Of a DNA stretch of 64,000 bases, positions 54,861 through 64,000 are shown one piece after another. Under the pieces are notes generated by a model, which had not been told where the DNA came from, searched no databases, and worked only from the letters and a program-made list of their open reading frames with translations. The stretch spans positions 1,254 to 65,253 of the forward strand of contig NZ_JBIKJY010000013.1 of assembly GCF_044360715.1 (NCBI RefSeq). The letters run 5' to 3'. This DNA comes from Flavobacterium sp. (lineage in GTDB: Bacteria > Bacteroidota > Bacteroidia > Flavobacteriales > Flavobacteriaceae). A program made the translations under genes and the position numbers. Within the stretch, counting starts at the first letter, position 1, and the number at the start of each line of letters is the position of its first letter.

Positions 54861-56039
54861 TTATTCTCTTTCAATAACAATTGCAGAAGCACCACCACCA
54901 CCATTACAGATAGCTGCAGCACCAATTTTAGCATTGTTTTGCTCAAGTACATTAATTAAAGTTACAATAATTCTAGCACCAGAACATCCTAATGGATGAC
55001 CTAATGAAACAGCACCTCCATTAACATTTATTTTATCATTATCTAATCCTAAAATTTTAGCATTTGCCAAACCTACAACTGAAAATGCTTCATTAAACTC
55101 AAAAAAATCAACATCTGAAATAGAAATCCCAGCTTTGTCTAATGCTTTTGGTAAAGCTTTTGCAGGAGCTGTTGTAAACCATTTAGGTTCTTGTGCAGCA
55201 TCTGCGTATGATTTAATGTATGCTAAAGGTTTCAAACCTAATTCATTTGCTTTTTCCTCACTCATTAATACCAATGCAGCAGCACCGTCATTAATAGTTG
55301 AAGCATTTGCCGCAGTAACTGTTCCTTCTTTTGTAAAAACAGCTGCCAAAGTAGGTATACGATCTAATTTTACATTAGTGTATTCTTCGTCTTTAGAAAC
55401 TATAATTGGATCTCCTTTTCTTTGTGGTACTTCCACAGGAACAATTTCGGCATCAAATTTACCAGCATCCCAAGCAGTAGCTGAACGTGTATACGATTGA
55501 ATGGCAAAATTATCTTGCTCTTCACGAGAAATACTATGTTCTGTAGCACATAAATCTGCAGAAACACCCATAGCATTTCCATCGTAAGCATCAATAAGCC
55601 CATCTTTTTGCATCCCATCCACAAAAGTTGTAGGACCAAATTTTACACCATTTCTTAAATGTGCATAATGTGGAATTAAACTCATATTTTCCATACCACC
55701 AGCAACAATAATTTCAGCATCTCCAGCCATAATTGCTTGAGCGCCTTGCATTACTGCTTTCATTCCAGAAGCACAAACTTTATTTATAGTGGTACATATT
55801 ACTTCGTTAGATAAACCTGCAAACAATGCTGCCTGACGTGCTGGTGCTTGACCATTACCAGCCTGAACCACATTACCCATTATTACTTCATCTACTAAAG
55901 AAGGGTTTAAATTTATTTTATTTAAAGCACCTTTAATCGCTGCTGCTCCTAATTTAGTTGCAGGTACACTTGATAATGCGCCCATGAAACTTCCAATTGG
56001 CGTTCTCACAGCGGATACAATTACTACTTTTTTATTCAT
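54861..56039 (-). CDS. Acetyl-CoA C-acetyltransferase (thiolase II)
   Basis: 392 aa. Motifs VCASGMKA, NVNGGAVSLGHPLGCSGARI and CNGGGGASA. Confidence 0.95.
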   Translation of the reverse strand: MNKKVVIVSAVRTPIGSFMGALSSVPATKLGAAAIKGALNKINLNPSLVDEVIMGNVVQAGNGQAPARQAALFAGLSNEVICTTINKVCASGMKAVMQGAQAIMAGDAEIIVAGGMENMSLIPHYAHLRNGVKFGPTTFVDGMQKDGLIDAYDGNAMGVSADLCATEHSISREEQDNFAIQSYTRSATAWDAGKFDAEIVPVEVPQRKGDPIIVSKDEEYTNVKLDRIPTLAAVFTKEGTVTAANASTINDGAAALVLMSEEKANELGLKPLAYIKSYADAAQEPKWFTTAPAKALPKALDKAGISISDVDFFEFNEAFSVVGLANAKILGLDNDKINVNGGAVSLGHPLGCSGARIIVTLINVLEQNNAKIGAAAICNGGGGASAIVIERE

Positions 56040-56225
56040 TTTGTTTCAATTTTGTTTTGCGAAAGTAACAAAATTTTACCAAATTTTAAACAATTTATTG
56101 CTTTTTTAATGAGATATACCAGACATTCAAAAGAAAAAATGAATAGAAGTAGAATATGATTTTTTCTGTATGATGTTGATATTTAGCAGGTTTGTTTTAA
56201 ATTTAAAAATTATACTATTTTTTAA

Positions 56226-56256
56226 TTGGAAATAAAAGAATGTTATCCTATATTTG
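56226..56256 (+). promoter_or_regulatory. Promoter of the tRNA cluster: TTG (56226-28) and -7 TATATTTG (56249-56)
   Basis: Consensus boxes with a 20-nt spacer. The first tRNA starts at 56294. Confidence 0.5.
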
Positions 56257-56293
56257 CAACCGCAAAAAAGGATAATTCTTTGCGGAATTAATA

Positions 56294-56377
56294 GGAGAGG
56301 TGCCGGAGTGGTAACGGAGCAGATTGCTAATCTGTCGACGGGTGACTGTCGCCAGGGTTCGAGTCCCTGTCTCTCCG
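56294..56377 (+). tRNA. tRNA-Ser (anticodon GCT), long variable arm
   Basis: Manual fold, 84 nt: GGAGAGG TG CCGG AGTGGTAA CGG A GCAGA TTGCTAA TCTGT CGACGGGTGACTGTCGC CAGGG TTCGAGT CCCTG TCTCTCC G. Confidence 0.9.
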
Positions 56378-56386
56378 CTTTTTTTT

Positions 56387-56461
56387 CGGGGTGTAGCGTA
56401 GCCCGGTTATCGCGCCTGCTTTGGGAGCAGGAGGCCGCAGGTTCGAATCCTGCCACCCCGA
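56387..56461 (+). tRNA. tRNA-Pro (anticodon TGG)
   Basis: Manual fold, 75 nt: acceptor CGGGGTG/CACCCCG, anticodon arm CCTGC TTTGGGA GCAGG, T arm GCAGG TTCGAAT CCTGC. Confidence 0.9.
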
Positions 56462-56494
56462 CAACATTTGGTTGTCAAATGCATAAAAAATTTA

Positions 56495-56568
56495 GGTTGC
56501 GTAGCTCAGCTGGATAGAGCAACTCACTTCTAATGAGTAGGTCCCAGGTTCGAATCCTGGCGCGATCA
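56495..56568 (+). tRNA. tRNA-Arg (anticodon TCT)
   Basis: Manual fold, 74 nt: GGTTGCG TA GCTC AGCTGGATA GAGC A ACTCA CTTCTAA TGAGT AGGTC CCAGG TTCGAAT CCTGG CGCGATC A. Confidence 0.9.
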
Positions 56569-56569
56569 C

Positions 56570-56602
56570 AAAAAAACCTCGATAGTTATATCGAGGTTTT
56601 TT
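56570..56602. terminator. Bidirectional terminator between the tRNA cluster and the glycosidase operon
   Basis: A7, then acctcgata...tatcgaggt hairpin, then T6. Confidence 0.8.
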
Positions 56603-56605
56603 GTT

Positions 56606-58525
56606 TTAAAAACTAACTTGTCTTAAAATGGTTTTCCCAAATGGGATAAGTCTAATATCTTCTATTTGATTGGTTATTTTATTTTTGGCATTGAAAATAA
56701 TTTGACCATTATTGAAAGTAGCTTGATTATCCTCAATAAATTCAAAACGATTGGTATCTATTGGCTTATAGGTTAAATCATTAAAATGAGTGAAATACGA
56801 TTTTCCTCTTTGCTCAATAGCATCGATGGGTTTCGCATAAAACAATGCACCGTAGCTAAAGTATTTCTCTTGATTTGCATCTTCTTTAATTTGAATTTCG
56901 GTTTTAAATTCAATTTGAATTTTATCCTCATTCCCAAATTTTCTATCAATAACTATGAAATCATTTTCCAAAACATAACTTTCATTAGTTATAACTTTAG
57001 TAACCCAAGATGGTTTTCTAATTTTTATGATAGGTTGTACATAATTAGGATTTGAAATTTTGAAGGTAAATGTATTTTCATAAGGATATTCTGTAATAGT
57101 TTCAATTTTAATTAATTGATTTTGAATTTTTGTTTCTACAGAATTAGGCATTAAAATCACATTTACAAGCGTATTTTCGTTTTCTTTTAGCCATGATTTT
57201 TCAATGAAATAAGGAGTAATTCTTCCTGCATTCGGATTGCAACAAACCGCAACATCTTGATGCGCCGGCGAATATTTGTATCTTGTTTGATTGCGGTTGG
57301 GCTCCACTTCACCATTTTTTGTACCCATCATTTCATACGAATTATCGGTCTTTAAATAAGCTATACAAGAATGATTCGGGTTTCTGGAACCTTGAGCTGC
57401 ATTGTAGAAAATAGTTTCTATTGCTTCTGCCGTTTTAGGATTTCCTTGCTTTTGCAGCAAAACGGTATAACTGTCCAATAATTCGTGTAACGAACAGTAT
57501 TCATAACCTACATGTGTTGCATCTGCAGTTCTTTCGGCAATCCATTCATCTCCAATTGCTCCACCTGTTAGCGTTGTAGCTTGTTCAATTCTTTGAATAT
57601 AAATTTCTAGTGCTTTTTGTAATTCAGAATTATTAGCAGCATAAGTGGCAACTAATAAAGGACGTAAATGCTCATAGGTATGCACACCGTGCGATTGTAG
57701 TTTGTAATTTGGATTTAAAATATTATTTAATTGAACATCTTTTTCGGATTGATAGGTTTTGCTAAAGTCCAAAAATAAAAATAGGGCATAGTCTACGTAT
57801 TTTTTATTGCCTGTGATTTGATACATTTTATCTAAAACATCGGTAAACGTTAATCCGTGTGAAACACCACCATTAAAAGCTTTGCCTGATTCAAACGGAC
57901 TTGATTTACCTATTGGATAATTTGTCATTACATTATCTACAGCTTTAACAATAGCATTCCATACTTTTTTGTCTTTTGAATACTCATAATACGCCAGTAA
58001 ACCACGATACATAGTAGCTTTTGACCATAATTCGCCATTTTCTGAATTGAAATTATAACGTAATTCTTTATCGTAAATACCAATATATCCATCTTCATCT
58101 TGCGATTTCAAAACTTTTTGAACATATTGGTCTACTTTTTTAAGCCCTGCTTTGTCATTCAATAGGATTACATTTCGAATGTACCCATCCCACCAATTGG
58201 ATTGGGTTTCGCTGTTCCACCATTTGTATTGATCACTTCCTTCTGCATCACCTTCTTTATTGTTCCCTAAATCTTTAACCGTACTATTTTTATGTAATCT
58301 ACCTGTACTGTAAATTGGGTCATTGATTAAGTTAGGCAACAATTTATCCAAATTGCCCACAAAACCATCAACATCTTTTTGCATTTGTGTCTTCAGCCAG
58401 CCAGTGGGTTTTATGCTTCCAAAAGGTAGTATTTGATATTTTTCAGCAACTTTATTTTGGTTTTGACCATGTAATGTCAAAGAGAATAAAGTCAAAATTA
58501 GTAGTGTTTTATGAATATTTCTCAT
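56606..58525 (-). CDS. GH127-like (DUF1680 / beta-L-arabinofuranosidase family) secreted glycoside hydrolase
   Basis: 639 aa with a signal peptide. E342-x-C344 (YEYCS) and C428-C429 (VCCNPN) are spaced like the Zn/nucleophile residues of HypBA1. The substrate is unknown. Confidence 0.6.
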   Translation of the reverse strand: MRNIHKTLLILTLFSLTLHGQNQNKVAEKYQILPFGSIKPTGWLKTQMQKDVDGFVGNLDKLLPNLINDPIYSTGRLHKNSTVKDLGNNKEGDAEGSDQYKWWNSETQSNWWDGYIRNVILLNDKAGLKKVDQYVQKVLKSQDEDGYIGIYDKELRYNFNSENGELWSKATMYRGLLAYYEYSKDKKVWNAIVKAVDNVMTNYPIGKSSPFESGKAFNGGVSHGLTFTDVLDKMYQITGNKKYVDYALFLFLDFSKTYQSEKDVQLNNILNPNYKLQSHGVHTYEHLRPLLVATYAANNSELQKALEIYIQRIEQATTLTGGAIGDEWIAERTADATHVGYEYCSLHELLDSYTVLLQKQGNPKTAEAIETIFYNAAQGSRNPNHSCIAYLKTDNSYEMMGTKNGEVEPNRNQTRYKYSPAHQDVAVCCNPNAGRITPYFIEKSWLKENENTLVNVILMPNSVETKIQNQLIKIETITEYPYENTFTFKISNPNYVQPIIKIRKPSWVTKVITNESYVLENDFIVIDRKFGNEDKIQIEFKTEIQIKEDANQEKYFSYGALFYAKPIDAIEQRGKSYFTHFNDLTYKPIDTNRFEFIEDNQATFNNGQIIFNAKNKITNQIEDIRLIPFGKTILRQVSF

Positions 58526-58527
58526 AA

Positions 58528-60684
58528 TTAGTATTGATTTGTCATTTGAAAATGAAGTGTTCCGCCATTTATAATATCCGAATAGTTTATAATTGGTTTA
58601 CTTAATTCTATATTGTTTAGTTTTTGAGTGTTTGAATAACTATTATCTTCAGAAAAATTAGATGTACTAATCGTAAATTTTTTATTATTTTTTAAATGGA
58701 TTGTTGCGTTTTTGACTTGAGGCACACCCAAAACAAATTCGCCATTTGCTGGATTTACAGGATAAAATCCTAATGAAGATAAAATATACCAAGCACTCAT
58801 TTGACCGCAATCGTCATTTCCTATCATTCCATCTGGTGTATTGTTGTGAAATTCGTTGATGATTTTATGAATGTATTTTTGTCCCACTTTTGGTGTGTCT
58901 GAAAAAGCATACAAGTAAACTATATGATGACTCGGTTCGTTACCATGCGCATATTGTCCAATCATGGCTTCTTGTCCTAAAAATTTATTTGGATTGACGC
59001 TTTCAATGGTAAAAAAATCATTCAGTTTTTTGGTGAAAGCTGAGGTTCCTCCCAATAGATTTTTCATACCCTCTACATCATATTGTGCTGGAGTCCAAAA
59101 GTATTGCCAAGCATTTGCTTCAGTATAATCGCCTGGATTGTTCATGGGTGAGGTAGCTGTCAAAGGGTCAAATGGCGTTCTCCAATTGCCATTGGTATCT
59201 TTTCCTCGAAAGAGTTGGGTTGATGTATCAAATAGATTTTTGTAGAAATTAGCTCTTTTGGTGAAACTTGAATAGGTTTCTTTATCGTTCAATTTTTCAG
59301 CCATTTTCGCCACACAACAATCGTCATATCCGCTTTCTAACGTTCTTGAAACCGCTTCATTATCTAATTTATCAAAGGGATAATAGCCATATTGATTATA
59401 CAATTCCCAATCGGAATTAATGTGACTTTTGGTTGAAGTCTCAATCATGGCTTTGAGTGCTTCGTTTTTATCAAAACCCTTAAAGCCATTGGTATAAGCC
59501 GATAAAATCATCGGTATTGCGTGATTGCCAATCATACAATAATTATCTTGTCCCCAAGCCGTCCAAATAGGTAAAAATCCAACCGCTTTATGATGCAATA
59601 ATAAGGTGTTTATGATACCATCAATTTTTTCAGGCACAATAATTTGCAACAACGGAAAAGCGCCTCTGTAAATATCCCAAATGGATAAAGTGGAATAGTA
59701 TTCCTTATTTGGAGCATTATTGATTGCATCATTAGCGCCGCGATATTTTCCATCTACATCGGCAATATTTGAGGGTTGTAATAATAAATGGTATAGCGAA
59801 GTATAGAAGATTTCTTTTTGTTTTTGAGGTGCTTCGATGTCAATTCGGTTGAGATAATCATTCCAAACTTTCTCTGCATTTAGTTTTACCTTTTCAAAGT
59901 TCCAATGCGGTATCTCAGATTTCAAGTTCAATTGTGCACCTTCAATACTAACAGTAGATAATGCAATCTTTGTTTGTAAAATTTTATTATCAGCTAAATC
60001 AAAATCAATTTTAAATATCGGTGCATTTTGCTTTTTACCTTTCGGAAGCTCTTGTATTTCTGAAAAAGGAGTTTCAAAATGTATCGTAAAAAAATATTTT
60101 TTGGTTACCCATCCTTTGGTTTTACAATACCCTGAAATCGTTGTGTTGTTTTCAATTTTAATATCTTTCTCTAACACCAAACTATCGTTTAAAAATTGGA
60201 TGCCGTGTTGAAAATCCAACAACAATTGCGCTTGTTTCTCAGGGTAAGTATATTTATGAAAAGCTACTCGTTCAGAACATGTAAGTTCAACCTTAATGGC
60301 GTCTTTTTTAGTTAAGGTGTAATAACCCACACTTGCTTTTTCCGAAGTTTTGAAATAACTATTTTTTAATGTTGCTATTTTTTCATCAAATGGTAATAAA
60401 AGGATATTTCCCATTTCACCAATTCCAGTGCCGCTGAAACGCGTTTGAGAGAATCCCAACAATAAAGTGTCTTTATATTGATAACCGCTGGTATGGTTCC
60501 AACCTTCAATAGAATTATCAGGTCCTGGTTGCACCATTCCAAAAGGCATAGAAGGTCCCGGAAATGTATGACCTGTGCCATCGGTTCCAATAAATGTATT
60601 TACAAATTTTGTATTGTTTTGAGCATTTACATTTAATATGTAAAGCAGAAACAAAGAACTAAATACTACTTTTTTTATTTCCAT
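58528..60684 (-). CDS. GH92 family glycoside hydrolase (alpha-mannosidase family), secreted
   Basis: 718 aa. It has a signal peptide and the N-terminal signature VNTFIGTDGTGHTFPGPSMPFGMVQPGPD. Confidence 0.9.
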   Translation of the reverse strand: MEIKKVVFSSLFLLYILNVNAQNNTKFVNTFIGTDGTGHTFPGPSMPFGMVQPGPDNSIEGWNHTSGYQYKDTLLLGFSQTRFSGTGIGEMGNILLLPFDEKIATLKNSYFKTSEKASVGYYTLTKKDAIKVELTCSERVAFHKYTYPEKQAQLLLDFQHGIQFLNDSLVLEKDIKIENNTTISGYCKTKGWVTKKYFFTIHFETPFSEIQELPKGKKQNAPIFKIDFDLADNKILQTKIALSTVSIEGAQLNLKSEIPHWNFEKVKLNAEKVWNDYLNRIDIEAPQKQKEIFYTSLYHLLLQPSNIADVDGKYRGANDAINNAPNKEYYSTLSIWDIYRGAFPLLQIIVPEKIDGIINTLLLHHKAVGFLPIWTAWGQDNYCMIGNHAIPMILSAYTNGFKGFDKNEALKAMIETSTKSHINSDWELYNQYGYYPFDKLDNEAVSRTLESGYDDCCVAKMAEKLNDKETYSSFTKRANFYKNLFDTSTQLFRGKDTNGNWRTPFDPLTATSPMNNPGDYTEANAWQYFWTPAQYDVEGMKNLLGGTSAFTKKLNDFFTIESVNPNKFLGQEAMIGQYAHGNEPSHHIVYLYAFSDTPKVGQKYIHKIINEFHNNTPDGMIGNDDCGQMSAWYILSSLGFYPVNPANGEFVLGVPQVKNATIHLKNNKKFTISTSNFSEDNSYSNTQKLNNIELSKPIINYSDIINGGTLHFQMTNQY

Positions 60685-62039
60685 AATGCATCCATTTCTT
60701 CAAGGGTTTTATTTTTTGTTTCGGGAATTTTTTTCCAAACAAAAACAAGTGAAAATAAGCAGATTACAGAAAATAAATAAAACGGAAATGCACCATTAAA
60801 GTTATCTTTTAACCACTGATTTTCAACTAAACTAGGAAAAACTTGTGTTACTACAAAATTAGCTACCCATTGAATAAAAACACTAATTGCTAAAGCCAAA
60901 CTTCTAATTTTAGTCGGAAAAATTTCAGATAATAATACCCATACGATTGGACCCCAAGAAATACTAAAAGCGCCCATAAATAGCAATAAGAATGGTAATA
61001 CCCAATTACCAACAGCATCAAAATATATGAAAAGCCCAACAGCAGCTAAGGCAATAGTCATACCGATAGAACCGATGTAAAGTAGTGGTTTTCGACCCAT
61101 TTTATCTACTAATTTAATGGCAAACAAAGTAAAAATTAAATTCACTACACCTAGAATACTGGTTTCTAATAGCGAAACATCGGTAGAACTTCCTAAGCTT
61201 TTAAAGATTTCTGGCGCAAAGTATAAAATGGCATTAATTCCGGTTAATTGTTGTAAAATAGAAAGTCCCACTCCTACAAAAAGTGCTTTTTTAAACATTG
61301 GAGTACCTAAATGTTTCCACTGATTTTTATCTTCCTGATGTAATGAATTTTCAATTTCAGATTGAACTTGAGCTACCTCTTCAGCCGTATTTAATTTTTG
61401 AAGAACTGCAATGGCTTTGCTGGTTTCGCCTTTTTGAAACAACCATCTAGGACTTTCTGGAATTAGAAAAATAAAAATTAGAAATAGGAGCGAAGGAATA
61501 ATTTCAGAGCCAAACATCCATCGCCAACCGATATTCAAATTCCAATTGGCATCACCCTGTAATGCGATAAAGTAATTTACAAAATAAACCACCACAATAC
61601 CAATTACAATTGCCAGTTGATAATTTCCTACTAAGGCGCCGCGTCGTTTAGGCGGAGCAATTTCGGCAATATACATAGGTACAACCATAGAGGCAATTCC
61701 AACACCAATTCCACCAACAATACGAAATAGTACAAACATCGTAAACGAATTAGGGAAGGCCGTTCCAATAGAGTTTAGGATAAAAAGTACTGCTGTAATC
61801 AGCATGGTTACTTTTCGTCCAAACGTATCGCTTAAAAAATCGGAGAAAAAAGCACCAATTAAACAACCCACCAATGCGCTAGAAATTGCCCAACCTGTTT
61901 CAACAGGCGATAAATGAAAAAATTCGGTTAAATTTCCGATAGCACCAGATATAACGGCTGTATCATAGCCAAATAATAAACCACCTAATGCGGCGCTTAA
62001 TGCTATAAAAAGAATGTAGTTTTTGTTATTTTTAGCCAT
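60675..62039 (-). CDS. MFS sugar porter family transporter
   Basis: Motifs GGLLFGYDT, GRK, PESPRWL and PETK. The start at MAKNNK (62039) is preferred over 62093. There is a 10-nt overlap with the GH92 start. Confidence 0.9.
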   Translation of the reverse strand: MAKNNKNYILFIALSAALGGLLFGYDTAVISGAIGNLTEFFHLSPVETGWAISSALVGCLIGAFFSDFLSDTFGRKVTMLITAVLFILNSIGTAFPNSFTMFVLFRIVGGIGVGIASMVVPMYIAEIAPPKRRGALVGNYQLAIVIGIVVVYFVNYFIALQGDANWNLNIGWRWMFGSEIIPSLLFLIFIFLIPESPRWLFQKGETSKAIAVLQKLNTAEEVAQVQSEIENSLHQEDKNQWKHLGTPMFKKALFVGVGLSILQQLTGINAILYFAPEIFKSLGSSTDVSLLETSILGVVNLIFTLFAIKLVDKMGRKPLLYIGSIGMTIALAAVGLFIYFDAVGNWVLPFLLLFMGAFSISWGPIVWVLLSEIFPTKIRSLALAISVFIQWVANFVVTQVFPSLVENQWLKDNFNGAFPFYLFSVICLFSLVFVWKKIPETKNKTLEEMDALWK

Positions 62040-62044
62040 ATGAT

Positions 62045-62887
62045 TTAAAGATTTTGTTGTAAATAGTTTTTCATTTGAAGGTTTATTTCCCATTGATTAG
62101 AAAGCGGTTTCTTAGTAAATGGTTCTTGAGGCATATAGGGAAAAGGTCCAAACTCTGGAGTAATGGTACAAATTACACTTTTTTTATTCTTTTGAATAGC
62201 TATAATTTCTTTCCACCAACTTAAATACAGCTCTAAATAGGTTTTCCATTCTGGTGCAAACGGATTGTTTACTTGTGGACTTTGTTCAAAACCAATGCGT
62301 GCATGAATGTGTTTAATATTTGGGTATATTTTAGAAAGCAAATCGAATTGATCGTGTAAATTACTTTCGGAAACTACAGAAAAATGTGAAAAATCGGCTA
62401 TTAAATTTATTTTTGGAAAAATATCCAAGTAACTAACTAATGTTTTTAAATGAAATGAAAATCGCCCTCGATGAATTTCATGCCAAATAGGTATTCCAGA
62501 AACTCGTGTAAGTTGATTGCAGATTTCAATGATTTTACAATTATCACTAAAATCAAAAAAATCTTTTCCTGTGTGAGAATTAATATAATTTGGTTTTAGT
62601 TGGATTAAAAATTCTAAACGTTGTGTAATTCTATCAATATATTCGTTAACTGTTTCTTTTTTATTAGGGAGCACTTGTTGCGCTATGAAAATAAAATTAG
62701 GGTTTATAGTATTTCTGATGCGTTCTAATTCAGCATTAAATTCCGCAACAAAATATTCGTCATCAGGAAAATTAATTTCTACACCATCGTAGTCATTTTC
62801 CAACACATTTGATAGAAATTGTTTTGCTGAAAGATGTTCACAACCCCAATAGGTACATATGTATTTGATTTCCATATTATTCAGCAT
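62045..62887 (-). CDS. Sugar phosphate isomerase/epimerase (xylose isomerase-like TIM barrel) family protein
   Basis: 280 aa. The size and the pattern GYDGVEI...H.H....E are consistent with the AP_endonuc_2 fold. An alternative start is at 62875. Confidence 0.6.
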   Translation of the reverse strand: MLNNMEIKYICTYWGCEHLSAKQFLSNVLENDYDGVEINFPDDEYFVAEFNAELERIRNTINPNFIFIAQQVLPNKKETVNEYIDRITQRLEFLIQLKPNYINSHTGKDFFDFSDNCKIIEICNQLTRVSGIPIWHEIHRGRFSFHLKTLVSYLDIFPKINLIADFSHFSVVSESNLHDQFDLLSKIYPNIKHIHARIGFEQSPQVNNPFAPEWKTYLELYLSWWKEIIAIQKNKKSVICTITPEFGPFPYMPQEPFTKKPLSNQWEINLQMKNYLQQNL

Positions 62888-63692
62888 ATAATACAGGATT
62901 AATTGGCGAATTAATTATTTCACCCACTTTAGCGCCCGGACACCAAGTATTCCAATCGTGAATTTGATTTTGATTTTCAGGATTTTTTAATTTCATATCT
63001 TTATCCATATAAATTATGGTCATTACTTTTCGCATTTCGTTGGTAACATTTGCACCTGCACGATGAAAAACCCAACCCGAGTGAAAGCTAATTTCACCCA
63101 CGGCAAATGGTTCAATCACATGCTGAAAATCGGTTACACGTAATTTCTTCTGAATCAATTCTTCACTTTCATCACCAATTTCTAACTCGCGTCCTTCTAC
63201 TATTGTATGACTCCCTGCGCTAAATTCTAACGGACCCATTTCAAGTGGTGTAGCTTGTAACGGAATCCAAGCCGTTACCGTTTTATCAGTTTCCAATGGC
63301 CAATAATACTGATCGGCGTGCCAAGGCGTAATGCCGCCTCCAGCTTCCTTAAATAAGGCTTGGTCGTGGTATAATCGAACACCATTTACTTGCATCAAAT
63401 CTGATGCTATTTTTGCAATACGTTTACTGAAAATCAGTTCCTTAACAACTTCATTTTCTAACCACAAATTGAATAATTGCAGAAACGCTTTTCCATAAGT
63501 TGTTCTTTCTTCAAGTGCCGTTTGCTCTTGATTCATAATATTTACTTGCTTGGTAATCGCTTCATTGAAGAAATCAACTGTTTCTTGATTTAGCACTTCT
63601 TTCAATTTGATGTATCGATTTTTTTGGTAAAAATCAATTTGTTCTGAAGTCAATGAATACGGTTCGTTAAGAAATTCTGATATTGATTGCAT
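62877..63692 (-). CDS. Phytanoyl-CoA dioxygenase (PhyH) family Fe(II)/2-oxoglutarate oxygenase
   Basis: 271 aa. It has the WHADQ (HxD) facial-triad motif, a distal His (SFHSGWVFHRAG) and an Arg. Confidence 0.75.
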   Translation of the reverse strand: MQSISEFLNEPYSLTSEQIDFYQKNRYIKLKEVLNQETVDFFNEAITKQVNIMNQEQTALEERTTYGKAFLQLFNLWLENEVVKELIFSKRIAKIASDLMQVNGVRLYHDQALFKEAGGGITPWHADQYYWPLETDKTVTAWIPLQATPLEMGPLEFSAGSHTIVEGRELEIGDESEELIQKKLRVTDFQHVIEPFAVGEISFHSGWVFHRAGANVTNEMRKVMTIIYMDKDMKLKNPENQNQIHDWNTWCPGAKVGEIINSPINPVLYAE

Positions 63693-63844
63693 TGTGTATT
63701 GATTTAAAAGTAAATTATTTTATTAAAAGTTAATATTCAAAATTATTTAAACTTGTTTGTTTGATTTAACATAAAATTGTTAATTTGTAACACTATATTG
63801 AATTTTATTTATTCATTTTTAGGTTATAATGTCAATTAATTGTT

Positions 63845-64000
63845 ATGAAAGCTATTTTAGAAGATATCAAATCAAATAAAGGAACATCTAGTTTTCATGC
63901 TTTTCGGTACCAAGTTCCTTATTTTCAATTTAAATGGCATTATCACCCAGAATATGAATTGACCTATATTGTAAAAGGAAAAGGGTATCGGATTGTAGGT
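63845..64000 (+). CDS. AraC family transcriptional regulator, N-terminal cupin part (truncated by the window end)
   Basis: The ATG at 63845 opens a frame that stays open to 64000: MKAILEDIKSNKGTSSFHAFRYQVPYFQFKWHYHPEYELTYIVKGKGYRIVG. This is typical of AraC sensor domains. Confidence 0.6.
   Translation, partial: MKAILEDIKSNKGTSSFHAFRYQVPYFQFKWHYHPEYELTYIVKGKGYRIVG

Noticed and set aside
56127-56517. ORFs 56127-56456 (minus) and 56254-56517 (plus) spanning the tRNA cluster.
   Set aside because: They are read through three well-folded tRNA genes (Ser, Pro, Arg). The GC-rich tRNA sequence simply lacks stop codons.

Overview
The window is a 64 kb AT-rich chromosomal segment. It looks like Flavobacteriia/Bacteroidota, judging from PorQ (T9SS), the DUF493-DUF4290-murA and DUF4293-rho neighbourhoods, a Rho with a long low-complexity N-terminal insert, and many TAnnTTTG -7 promoter boxes. 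No searches could be run, so all product calls rest on motifs read from the supplied translations and on remembered family signatures.

Most of the window is densely packed housekeeping: fmt, recQ, murA, glmM, lpdA, truA, rho, valS, pyrE, coaD, ddl, ilvE, cmk, rpsA, pheT, kup and a thiolase. There are four tRNAs: Met at 1930-2003 (minus) and a Ser-Pro-Arg cluster at 56294-56568. I saw no rRNA, CRISPR array or IS transposase.

Five regions look accessory or unusual.
1. The left edge (1-~1970) is the integrase end of an element inserted in the 3' half of tRNA-Met. Its cargo lies off-window.
2. A ~2 kb islet between murA and the ClC channel (10611-12640) holds an inverted array of 11-bp iteron-like repeats, a secreted-protein gene split by an in-frame TAG, and an orphan two-gene operon (soluble protein plus 3-TM protein).
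3. Several families of intergenic palindromes occur: a five-copy REP-like cluster with compensatory stem changes at 22331-22557, a perfect 26-bp inverted repeat at 38125-38199, and two AAACACAGATT-type hairpins in divergent promoters.
4. Three lipoproteins sit together: DUF4920, a CxxCH protein and an exported MsrB.
5. A tightly coupled operon without SusC/D lies next to the tRNA cluster (56606-63692). It runs PhyH dioxygenase, TIM-barrel isomerase, MFS sugar porter, GH92, GH127-like, with a divergent AraC regulator. I consider it the best candidate for an undescribed pathway.

Functional ideas for these regions are inference, not demonstration.
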